From Chiloscyllium plagiosum (lineage: Eukaryota), in the NCBI RefSeq assembly GCF_004010195.1, contig NC_057758.1:4312710-4376507 (forward strand): a stretch of DNA of 63,798 nt, read 5' to 3'. The notes beneath the pieces are model-generated. The model made no database searches. It saw nothing but the letters and a program-made list of their open reading frames with translations, and was not told where the DNA came from. This document shows, one piece after another, positions 53,183-63,798 of this stretch (its first letter is position 1; each line of letters opens with the position of its first letter). The translations under genes were made by a program, and so were the position numbers.

Positions 53183-54070
53183 TTGAGTAAAACTGAATGA
53201 CAGCACAACATCAAAGGCTGTATTGTGCAGTTCTCTTCTTGTTCAAGTTTGTATGTTCTTTTTGACCTTAATACAGGCAAAAATATCAGCAAGGCATTCC
53301 CTTTTCTTTTGAAGCTTTCGAGTGACCTCCCCAAAATGCAATGCTGGCTTGCCCCATTTGAGATGGCCTGCATAGCGTGGTTTTGGAACAACCCTTTCCC
53401 GGGATGTTTCCCTGACCCCACTGCTCCACTGTGCGTTCTTTTATCCAATACCGTTTTTCCATGGCCGGGCCTGAGAAACGAATCCTTAACAGTTGCCATC
53501 GCGGTGGAATATGCAACTTTGAGTAGGAGACGAACGTACCTTGGTAGGGATTTCTATAAATTTAGCATATGTGTGCTAGCCCTTTATGGAAAACACAGGC
53601 TTCTTCAATGGGTCAGTAGCCTCATTAATCATGTTTTTAACCTCAGAGGGGGACAAAAGCTTCTGCCATATCGCTGACCATCAATCGTTTTCTCAGCCAC
53701 TCCAGATCCATGAACGCTCTGCCCGCCCAATGGATTTAGTGAGTGACGATGTACGAGTGTTTGATCTTGGACTCAAGTGACCCATGCCAGAGGATGAGTC
53801 AGAGGGCTTCTGGGCCTGCAAACGCACTCTTACTCGCGAAAGCATCCAAATCTTGGTGGTAGGTGAAGGTGATCTGCTGTTGAAGGAGTTACTGGGACTA
53901 ATTCAGCATCTGTTGCTCACTCTGGGTTTGGCCCAGAACGGTGCCCAAGAAACGACTGTTGGGTTGCCGTTGGTACAGAGGGCGAACGGACTCGCACATG
54001 GAGTCTTCGCTCTTGGCGATGGGCAGTGCAGGCTTCCAGGAGCGCCAGAGGCGCATTGCATGAACCATGC
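53183..54070 (-). pseudogene. Decayed intronless ORF, probably a PX-domain sorting nexin (SNX4/7/30-like)
   Basis: HGSLESKIKHSYIVTH...GRAFMDLEWLRKRLMVSDMAEAFVPL resembles the PX pattern RRYxDFxWLRxxL...VPPLP; multiple stops. Confidence 0.4.
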
Positions 54071-54327
54071 TTGTTGATCAGTGGGAAGGGAAGCAGGATG
54101 GGCATCAGCCACTGGGGAGACTGCATTGAACCATGGAGAAGTCGTGATCTAACTGGAGAATGGGCCCATATGTTTCAGTCAGACCAATGCACTTGTTTGG
54201 TCAGGAAGTACAAAATGGAGTCTGAGTCTAAAAATCCCAACACGGGCCAGCACGATCAGTAAAGAACTGCCAGTCAGACTGGCTCACACAGCACTCAGCC
54301 AGTTTTTCATCCTGGCCGTATATTTCC

Positions 54328-54405
54328 CTGTGGATTGTTGGGCCGAAGGGCCTGTTATTTCCACACTGTAAGTAATCTAATGTAATCTAATCTAATCTAA
54401 TCTAA
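54328..54405 (+). mobile_element. HE1/CR1 3' end with (TAATC)n tail
   Basis: tgttgggccgaagggcctg...ccacactgtaagtaatctaa...(taatc)n. Confidence 0.85.
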
Positions 54406-55324
54406 ATCCACTAACATCAATCAAACTTTTTCTGGCTTACCAACTGCCGGCTATCATCCATTCTAGTCCTAGATATCTATACATTTTCGAGGTAGTGGGT
54501 TCAGAGACGTGTAGTGTTCGTCATTGAGCGTGAAGTTGATGTGCATCGCTTCGAGTGACTTTGACTCACTATGACCAAGATGTAGACTGATCTTACATTT
54601 CCATCGTCTGTGTGTGTACGTTTGGCGGTGGGGATAGTCACTCAACAAATCTGACAATGGAATTAAGATTGGAAAACGCAGCATTAGGCCCAAAGTTCAG
54701 TCTTCGCTTCTGTTGGATTCAAAACCTCTTGATCAGCTGGAAACACGCGGACCATGACCTGGATAGTCGGTCTAAATTTGATGTGCTATCTGTTTCAATT
54801 CATCCCAAATCACTCAGTGTGAGAATGGCGTAGGAATAAGCCCAACAATGGACACTGGAACTCACTGCTTTATGTGCACATATATTTACCAGTGAGTGTT
54901 ATGGCCCTGGTCGCCGCATCATTCCATTCGTTGAGTATCATTGATGCAAATGAAGCCTGGATTTCCATTTCCCAGCTTTGTGGGTGTTGGTCAGTAACTG
55001 ATGGAAAAACCGGTAAAGCTGACAGATGAAGCATGTTGGTCCGCGACATGTCAGTGTACTTTGGAGCAGAAAACAGATTTTTCATTTCCGTGCAGTACTG
55101 TTTTTTTATTGCCTGTGGAAACGGATGACACTGGCAGTCTATGGAGTATTAGGTCAAAATATAACTTGAGGCTTTTCTGTTGCGTATGTTCATGTACGTC
55201 GGTCTATCAGTCTTAAATCTGATGAAAGAGCAGAAAGCACAAGGCATCAGATAGAGCCGAGTCGATGTTTGGTGCATGACACTGCAAAACTCTTGCATTG
55301 GTTGAAGTTTTCGTCTGAGGATAA

Positions 55325-55636
55325 TTAGATTAGATTACTTACAGTGTGGAAACAGGCCCTTCGGCCCAACAAGTCCACACCGAACTGCCACCCACCCATA
55401 CCCACACATTTACCCCTTTTTTAACCTAACACTATGGGCAGTTTAGCACGATCAATTCACCTGAACTGCACATCTTTGGACTGTGGGAGGATACCGGAGC
55501 ACCCGGAGGAAACCCACGCAGACACGGGGAGAATGTGCAAACTCCACACAGCCAGTCGCCTGAGTCGGGAATTGAACCCAGGTCTCTGGCGCTGTGAGGC
55601 AGCAGTGCTAACCACTGTGCCACCGTGCCGCCCCCC
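55325..55636 (-). mobile_element. HE1-type SINE, young and near full length
   Basis: Closely matches the copy at 8425-8719; (taatc)n tail. Confidence 0.93.
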
Positions 55637-55639
55637 ATG

Positions 55640-56200
55640 ATATTGCCTGCATTGTTATCGAGAATTCCGACACCTCGTGACAGTTGTAAATAAAGTGCCA
55701 TTTAGAGTTGGAGACTGAGGTCTATATTTCCCTGGATGGACGAGTACGCTCACACATGAATTGGAAATGGTAAATTCCATGCTGCAGCTGAGATGGAGAA
55801 ATTGCAGGATTTCTACTGTGTCTCGTCAATCTGAGAAAGATTTAGCTCCTGGTCAAAAGGAAAATCCATGAACCACATATATGACTCGAAAACTTTCACT
55901 GTGGTGTAAAATTGTTAATTTTATTGCTTGTCACAATTTGAGGTCTGAGGAAATTATTTCCCTAATGGGATCGAAAATTTCCAGACCTGGAGAAATATTT
56001 AATATTGTACTGGATGGAAATGGCGCCTGAGGCCTACATTTCCCTGCATGGAATAGAACACTCACACTCGAGCAGAAAATGATAAATTCAGCGCGAGACG
56101 CGAGATGGAGAAATTGCATGGTTCCTACTGTGTCCCAAATGAAAGTGAGCAAGTTTTTCTTCCTGGTCAGGAACAATATTAATAGGGAAGAGCAGACCCC
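55640..56200. repeat. Diverged two-unit tandem duplication, period about 313 bp
   Basis: gagatggagaaattgca...ctactgtgtc...tcctggtca occurs at about 55790 and about 56102. Confidence 0.75.
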
Positions 56201-56919
56201 AAAAAGCACTGCCAGTGAGAGATTATTTTCAACAGTACCACGAGGGAGGAGGCCTCATGCTATAATCAGATTGACCATTATAAAATCTCTAAAGGGTTCC
56301 ATTCACGGTTTCCATATCAACATCTGCCAAACATTAGCCAATGCATAATAATATTCACGGTGAACTACACTGTTCTGCATATACCCGCCTTCCAAACCCA
56401 GGGATACAATACTTTAGATACACTGCCCTTTGCCCCAGGACCAGAAGTAATGCTGCTTTAGACAGACTGCCCTTTACCCTGCTGATCAGGTTTCACAGTG
56501 TATTAGATACACTGTCCTTAATACCATTCATGTCTGGCAGTCATAGTGGAAGACTGGATAATGAAGCAGAAAGTGAGACAGATGGAGGAGGCAGTTTTGC
56601 TGCAGACAATTTATTCAGTCTCACCCTGTTGAATTGTCATTATGGGATTTAACAATGGACGGACTTTCATGGCGAGAAGGAACGAAATGCAAAATGACAA
56701 TTGCAGTTGATGTGAGTTAATGGCATGGTAGTCACATAAGTCGGTGCAACATTGAGCACCAAAGGGCCTCAACTATTTTATAATATTCAATGTAGAAAGC
56801 ATGATTAAATTTTAGCTGGCGAGCAAATAAAGACTGTAAAGCCCAGTGTTGAACATGGTAGCCATCGTTATATCCGGTTCACCGGCGTCCTGCACGCTGA
56901 GATTAGGATATATTGATTC

Positions 56920-57095
56920 CCCGTGCTCACTGCCCCAGTTTCTGTCAGTCCCAGATCTCATTGTCCTTGCCTGTCAATCCTAGAAATCACTATCTCCGTT
57001 GCTGCCTGCACAAGAGTTCATTGTCCCAGCCCATGTCAGCCTGAAAGATCAATGCCCGAATCTCCATCAGTACCAACACTCCCTGTCTCAGTCAT
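56920..57095. repeat. Degenerate ~30-bp minisatellite
   Basis: Recurrent tcactgtccc...tgtcag units. Confidence 0.55.
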
Positions 57096-58054
57096 GGTGA
57101 ATCGCAGAATCATAGCATCAGGCAGAATGGAAACAGCCCCTTGTGTCCAATGCTTCCATGAGGAAAAAAGGATCCAAGTTAAACTAATCACATTCGTTTC
57201 CATTTGGAATATATCCCTATCAGCCTTTTCTGTCTTTGAAACACTGTAATTGCACCGGCCTACTCCACTTCCTCCAACAACTCATTCCCTGAACACACTG
57301 CATTCTGTGATATAATGTTGCCCCTCAGATCCCTTCAATTTTAAAACTATGCACGCCAGCTGTATATTGCACTACACTCGGGAAATAACTTGAGTCTCGT
57401 GATGATCTGATTCTTTAACAAGATTATTTTATCCTTGGGATTGTTTCAAGGGAGGCCATAAATGCAGAGATGCAGAAATTTCTGAGAAGAGCCGAGTCTA
57501 ACAATGACAGAGTAGTGGACATTTCTCTTACTTCAAGATTTTTTCAGTTTCAATTCGGAGTAACAGTGAGAAGCTGCTTCCATTCAGAGAAAGATTCAAT
57601 GCTTCAATTGGCATCTCTATCTGAATCTCTTCTGCTTATAAAAACATGTGTTTCAAGTCACATTTTGCCAAAGCATACGTGTATGGAATGTTTCACTAAT
57701 TGTAAAATGTCCCCTGCCAATATGCAGCATCAAATCAGTTGGGTATTAAAATGATTAAGTCATTCTAAATTCTTTTTTGTTTTTGTTTGCATTTCAACTG
57801 TAGCTGAAATGAACACTTTTTCCCTCTAAAAACAACGTGGTTTGTCCATTTGCATCACATCTGGAATATCCATTCACTGCTTTGTTTACAGTCAGAAAAG
57901 TTCGAGTTTGCGTGACCTTCTTAACATACTTTGAGAGAGTCTGGTCTTGTGCATAATGCTATTCAGCAAACAGATTCCCCACAAGATTTAGTCAGCATCT
58001 ATAAGGTCATACATCAGCTTCCGATAGTTCATGGGAATAAGATTATGGCGACCT

Positions 58055-58410
58055 ACATTCCCTGATCCCGGGACAGACTGCATTGTGCGTGTTTATCAGT
58101 AAACTCTGGGATAGAGAAGATTTACAGCAGCACAAATGTATCACCGACCCCGTGGCGAAGACAGTGTGAACGTACTGCGTGTATCACTGATGTTGGGGAG
58201 ACAGCAGACTGACCTCACTTGATATGTATCACTGGCACCGGTTAAAAAAGCAGCCACATTAATACATGTGTGCGACAGACCTGGAGGGAGATCAATGTGA
58301 CCCCACTCTGTATGCGTCAATAACTCCGATGAGAGAGCAGAGTGACACCACTATGTTTGCACCGGTGACTCTCGGGAGAAGAGCAGACTGACAAACTGTG
58401 TCTGCTTATC
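58055..58410. repeat. Degenerate ~43-bp minisatellite
   Basis: Recurrent gtgtatcactga...gggagacagcagactgac units. Confidence 0.65.
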
Positions 58411-58489
58411 AAATGCTGATGCATGTTCCTTGACTGTTTCAGCGTCTGACTTTGACCGTGTGGGAATATGAACTGCAGTGATCCTGAAT

Positions 58490-58690
58490 TAGAAATGTCA
58501 ATTGGAATGTGTCATCTTCAAATGATGTTTAATTTTCAGGTTTTGTTTGCTTTCTCAACTTTACCTACCGACAATAGCGATCCTGTCTCAAGCTAAGTGT
58601 GGTTTCGTCAAATATGTGAACAATATAACTGGTGGACAGGACAATGGTAGGACCTTTGCTCACTATCTTTGACATCTATTTTTATTAAAA
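58490..58690 (+). pseudogene. Inverted partial duplicate of the GPCR intron end and exon 2 start
   Basis: TIAILSQAKCGFVKYV / LVDRTMVGPLLTIFDI matches AIAILSRDKCGLSKCV-LVAMAVADLLVNILDL. The upstream intron sequence also matches, but the acceptor AG is lost. Confidence 0.75.
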
Positions 58691-58707
58691 TAACTGTTTA
58701 TCATTGT

Positions 58708-59600
58708 TCAAACAATTTTAATATGTTTAATTGGATGATTCCAAATAGTCTTCATATGATCCCTGAACTTGTTCAACGTCACAGTGTAAATACAAACATT
58801 TGTGCAGCAACTCGTGAGCTGGCCGATGTATCCAATTTCTTGTACAAAATAATGGAGGAAAATTCCTGTCTTCACCATCCGCCAAACTCTTCTTGATATT
58901 ACAAAGAGCGTAATGATGGCCCATGACAGGACGAAGTTGGTCGAAATGAGAAAAAGTAAAATCATGGATTTTCTTCGACTTTTAATTTTTGCATCTGAGA
59001 AATTCTTCCCCTTTCTCAGGGTCTAGAATCTCATGCGGGCACTGTTGGCCATTAGGATTTGTCTGACACATAAAGCATTAAACATCACAGTCAAAAGAAT
59101 TGCCAAACAAGGAGTAAGAAGATAATGAATGATTTCGACTGTTGCCCAGAACTGAGATAATGCAATATTCCATCTCAGCTGACAAAACCAAGGAATATTC
59201 TGTAGCAAATACTGACCAGTTAACATAACATACCAAAACATATTCTTTGAAAGGCTCAGTATTGTCACTGTTCCCAATATCACAAATGCAATTTTCACAT
59301 TGCAATATTTGCGTTTCAGTTTCTGGTGGCTGATGGCCACAAATCTATCAATCGTGAAAGCAACAACATACCACACAGAACAGTCTGTGACTGCATTCAC
59401 AAGAATGGCATGGATATTGCATACAGGAATGGATTTCACGAACTGAAAATTTCTCTTATAAACAATTGTAATGTGCCTCAGTATCAGGTCAAGGATATTG
59501 ACCAGGAGATCCGCCACTGCCATGGCCACCAGATAAAGGGACACACATTTGGATAAACCACATTTATCTCGAGAGAGGATTGCAATCGCCAATACGTTAA
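58708..59600 (-). pseudogene. GPR139/142-like orphan class A GPCR, exon 2, with one in-frame TAG at 59023-59025
   Basis: Acceptor tttctcacag|TTAAC; YLVAMAVADLL (TM2), FTIDRFVAI (TM3), PWFC, RRKSMILL (TM6), SCCTNVCIY (TM7). ORFs 59023-59613 and 58708-58965 are in the same frame. Confidence 0.92.
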
Positions 59601-60064
59601 CTGTGAGAAACAAAACAAAACCTGAAGTTACAAATCAATTGAAGGTCAAGCATTCCATTTCACAGCAGAAAAGGAGCACAGTGATTACTATGAGGGAGCC
59701 ATTTAATAAAGAAATGAGGATTGACTGTTTCTCTCAGAGTGTTGTATGTCTTTGAAATACTTCATATGGAGCATTCTGAGCGTGGAAATACTTGTGTATA
59801 TTTAAGTCATAGTGGGATCAATATTTTAACCCTTTTTCTTTTTTCAAAGATGTTCTCCTGGAGAACAGCCATTCTGAATTCAAAGTGCGACTCGGCAAGG
59901 TCAATGCAGGGAGGATATTCCAGATGACCGCTGGAATTCAGAACGGGAAATACGGGATGTAGGTGAGGGACGTTTGTTGGTTGTGTCACAGTCATTAAAT
60001 GGTGTCATTAAATGTGAACTCTATTTTTTCTCTCTTTCTTGCTTGCCACAGATTCTGCCAGGCG

Positions 60065-60230
60065 AAAGTGAGGCCTACAGATGCTGGAGATCACAATCCA
60101 GATTATAGCGGTGCTGGAAATTCACAGCTAGTCAGGCAACATCCGAGCAGGAAAATCGACGTTTCGGACAAAAGCCTTTCATCGGATTCTGCCATACCTG
60201 CTGAACATCTCGAAGGTTTCTCCTAACGGT
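60065..60230 (-). mobile_element. PLE tail fragment with a mutated hammerhead motif
   Basis: Minus strand reads ccgatgaaaggcttttgtccgaaacgtcgatt. Confidence 0.7.
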
Positions 60231-61369
60231 CGAAGATAACACAGGAACGTTGAAGACAGTGTGTTCGCTGAAAAAAAATCACCAGTGAAGTAGGTAGTTG
60301 CTGACACCTTTCCCAAAGGTGTCAGTATACATTCCCAAAGTTGGGATTGATTTTGGATGTGTCTCATGTTGACGGAATCCAGGCAAAGATGATAAAGTCA
60401 TAAGATGCTGCTGACTGAAGTAAATGCTAATGAATAGTTCATTTTGCTTATTGGAACACGGATAGGAATTCAGAAGATGTTCCAATGCCGTCTGTCGCTC
60501 CTGGTTTCATTGTCCGCCATTATTTATAACTGTATTTGGCAAAATGGCATTTCTTAAATAGCATGTGTTGCTTTGGGATAACACAATTCCGTCAATCGTA
60601 TATACCTCGCGAAGTTTGAATTGTTAGTGCTTGATTGCTGTCTCTTTGCCAAGTCTACAATTCGTATTCCTCCATTTGCTGGATCCTGGTCTTGGCAAGG
60701 TCTTTGAACAGGTATTTTTCACAAGGTTTAGTCCCTCCTTTGAGTCCAATAATCGAATGAGGGTTTATTATTTCAGCGTTCACCTTCAGAAGTCCCTTTT
60801 GGTGCTTTCATGTTTCACCCCTGATTCTTCGAAATGGTAACTGGTTGGCATCTTTTCTTAAAATTGTGTATTTGTTTCGTATAAAAAAACATGTACCATC
60901 ACCTATTCATACAATGTGTGTCTGTCTGTTCCCAGTCTCCCTAAGACTGTGAGATCAAAGCAATGAACGACTCGAAATCTGAGACGAAAGCAGAAATATT
61001 TGAAGAAACGCAGCAGTCTGGCAGCATCTGTGACCCCCACTCCCGTTTCAGATAAGAGCACGCCGCTGACAGTGTTTCTGTCTCTGCTGTTGCTATGAGG
61101 ACCCAATGGGCTGCCTTACGAGTTTTATGCTCAAGTGGGCAAAGCGCCCTGCCTCTTAACTGGACTGGGCAAAAGAGGAATAATCATAAATCCCGCACAG
61201 TATTTGTGGAGTGAGTGTAGATGTGTGAGAAAGTTACCTTTCACATTTTCGCGACAGCGACTGCAATCATTCATTGACACATTTATTGTACGCCCTTTTG
61301 GCTGACTGCAAAGTTTATACTGAGTTATCATTCACACTGATCTAAACGATTCTCATAAATAGATGAGCT

Positions 61370-61700
61370 ACAAAACGCTGGGAATGTTGCAACAAGTCAC
61401 TCAACTTCCGATTTCCTCCAAAACTTGTCTGCTATCGAAAATGCACAAATCAGATGTGTGATGGAATACTCTTCACTTAACAGAATGAGTGCAGCTCCAA
61501 CAACACTCAACAACCTGACGCCATGCAGAACAAATCAATCAGCTTAGTTAGCAACACATCCGTAAACATCCTCTGCCAACGCTTAGTAGCAGAAGTATGC
61601 ATAATCTACAGAATGTACTGCAGAACTTCATCAACGACCCTCGGACTGCACCTTCCAATATCTTCCAGAAGGACAATGATAGCTGATACATAGAAAGCGA
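61370..61700 (+). mobile_element. Old LINE 3' fragment
   Basis: gtgtgatggaatactcttcac...gcagctccaacaacactcaa; related to the element at 19.4-19.9 kb. Confidence 0.55.
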
Positions 61701-62068
61701 GTTCCTGAAAGTGACTTCGGAGAAGCATTTTATTTTTAAAAAAGTGACAGAGATAAGGATTATAATGACATGCGTAATCAGCACATTATCAACGTCCAGA
61801 AAGGAGATTTGATAGCCAGGCTGAAACTCATGCTGGTATTCAGTGCATTTCAATTGGAATGGAGTGAGCTGGGCGAAACATTAGATCTGGGAATTGAACG
61901 ACCGCTGCTCGTGTTCTGTTGCATAATAAAACAGTTATCCAGTCAATCAAACCGACCAACGTCAGCGAACATTCAATATAAACATTTAAAGTGCTCGATC
62001 TCTCTCTATTGACAGACATCACCTTAACTCCGGTTCATAGACTAAATTCACTTGATAGAAGTACTTAC

Positions 62069-62153
62069 CAACGACACCAACAACAGCAAGGAAGGGATAG
62101 TAAATATGCTCAAACAGCAGGAGTACATGTCGTATTCGTTCGTAGACCGGCAT
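62069..62153 (-). CDS. Exon 1 of the GPR139/142-like GPCR (MPVYERIRHVLLLFEHIYYPFLAVVGVV)
   Basis: ATG at 62153, family-typical IYYPxLAxxG TM1 start, and a phase-1 donor G|GTAAGT that joins exon 2 in frame (G+TT AAC = VN). The intron is 59601-62068. Confidence 0.88.
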
Positions 62154-62544
62154 CCAATGTTAATTTCTAATGTAATAGGCAAAATGGGAAGTGACTTTAC
62201 AGTTTATCTTTGTGAATCTCTGGTCGGCTGTATATGGATTCTGTTCCATTCTTATAAAAGTCCAGTGTGTCCTTCTCGAATTGTGGTTGCTCGTCTACTT
62301 CTGTCAGAAACGCCGAACCGTGTTCATCACAGAGCTGAGGCTTCTCTCTGAGACGATGAGATCACAATTGGAAAAATTCCCTTGTGAAGAATACAGGAAG
62401 TCTCACCAGGGACTCAATGAGGATCTTTAGAGATTGACATTAATCACAGACTCCGAACAAACAGGTTCAACTAATATGTCTCAAATCTACATTCTTATTA
62501 TTCAGAGTGGCAGGAGCACATTCTGTCTACAGTCAGAGAGAGCA

Positions 62545-62820
62545 GCAAGGAGGCTGAGTGGTTATCACTGCAGCATTACAGAGCTGGGAATCCGTGTTCG
62601 ATTCCAGTGTCGGGTGTATAGTTTGTGCGTTCTCCCCGTGTCTTTATGGATTTGTTCTGTAATCCTCCCACAATACAAAGATGTGCATACGAGATGAATT
62701 AGCCATGTTAAATTAACATTCGTGTAAATGCTCAGCAGTTGAAGAATGGGCCAGGGTGGGATGATGTTTGTACGGTCAGTGTGGACTTAGTATGTTGAAG
62801 TGATTGTTTCCACATTCTCT
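62545..62820 (+). mobile_element. Old HE1-type SINE
   Basis: ggctgagtggttatcactg...gttcgattcc...ttctccccgtgtct...tgtttccaca. Confidence 0.7.
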
Positions 62821-63507
62821 GATTTACAAACAAGGTTTTGATCAAAACACAATGAACAGAGGAACTCTAAAATGCCTTCTGGCTTGTTTTACCTTGATTT
62901 ATGTCAGAGATGGTTTTGCAGAACTGCAACACATAAGCAGATAATTGGAGACATAACCCATGTATGTGCAGTATGTAGCGGGGGATGGAATTTTCTTAAT
63001 CAAATAAAACACATTATTCTGCCTTGCACAGAAAATGGAGGCAGACAACATTGGAGAAGCAGGACATTTGGCCCAATAAATCTAAGCCAACAAACAAAAA
63101 AAACTATATTAATCCCTTTTACCTGCATTTGGTGGACAACCTATTGTGCCCCCACATATTAAGTTCTCATGCAAATTCTTCTTAAATGTTTCGGGTATAT
63201 GTGACTCATCAGTGTCTCACGCAGCACAACATCTCTCAACGACTTTCTCCACATGTTAAACTAATGATCGAATGTCTCAGACACGTCTGCCATCGGTTGA
63301 CAACAATGGATGTGTTCCAGATTTTTCAGAACATAACAGAGAATATTGGATAGGAGTTATGGTTACATTTGACGAAACAAGTATAAATAGAAGTAATGCG
63401 TGGTAAGAACGGTGCAGTACAATGGAGTGCTTTGGAATGAAGGGGTAATCACAACAGTGATGCGACTGACGTGAGCTGAACAACTCCCAGTCAATACACC
63501 TCGATAG

Positions 63508-63710
63508 ATATAGAACATAGAACATAGAACAATACAGCACAGAACAGACCCTTCGGCCCACGATGTTGTGCCGAACTTTTGTCCTAGCTTAAGCACCCAT
63601 CCATGTACCTATCCAATTGCCACTTAAAGTTCGCCAATGATTCTGACTCTGCCACTCCACAGGCAGCGCATTCCATGCCCCCATCACTCCCTGGGTAAAG
63701 AACCTATTGT
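63508..63710 (-). mobile_element. CR1 3' end with (ATAGAAC)n tail
   Basis: atagaacatagaacatagaacaatacagcacagaacagacccttcggccc. Confidence 0.85.
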
Positions 63711-63798
63711 ATATCTTACATTATCATTCACTTCCCGGTGTATTGCACTCCATGTTGGACAGGGCGTGTGAGCAGCTTTGACACACATGTTTGAAACT

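Noticed and set aside
48225..53190. TSD around the ERV
   Set aside because: The flanks gtgtc and ttgag do not match, so none is claimed.
53780..53810. LILWHGS as a PARP catalytic motif
   Set aside because: The downstream PARP signature is absent, and the context fits PX better.
58055..58410. CRISPR-like spaced repeats
   Set aside because: Eukaryotic context with degenerate tandem units, no unique spacers and no cas genes.
59023..59613. 196-aa ORF as a complete gene
   Set aside because: The start codon is intronic; it is part of exon 2 of a spliced gene and ends at a premature stop.

Overview
Repeat-dense vertebrate DNA, almost certainly from a shark. HE1-type V-SINEs with (TAATC)n tails, CR1 LINEs and Penelope-like elements (PLEs) suggest a carpet or bamboo shark. 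I found no fully intact protein-coding gene. The host content is a decaying cluster of GPR139/GPR142-like orphan class A GPCRs: a two-exon copy at 58708-62153 (-) broken by a single TAG, a degraded copy at about 46.6-47.5 kb (-), a 3' fragment at about 0.7-1.0 kb (+), and an inverted partial duplicate at about 58.5-58.7 kb (+). Mobile elements include a class I (epsilon-like) endogenous retrovirus with two LTRs, a tRNA-Pro PBS and no visible protease or env (48232-53182). It appears to split a decayed intronless PX-BAR sorting-nexin-like ORF. A Gmr1-type Gypsy element has integrase placed before RT (about 41.4-46.0 kb). Several PLE tails carry minimal type I hammerhead ribozyme motifs, and some form short palindromic insertions, one of them young with a 14-bp TSD. 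There is also a 673-bp tandem duplication, several unexplained exon-like segments and a 57-N gap. All homology calls come from translation and motif recall by eye; no searches were run.
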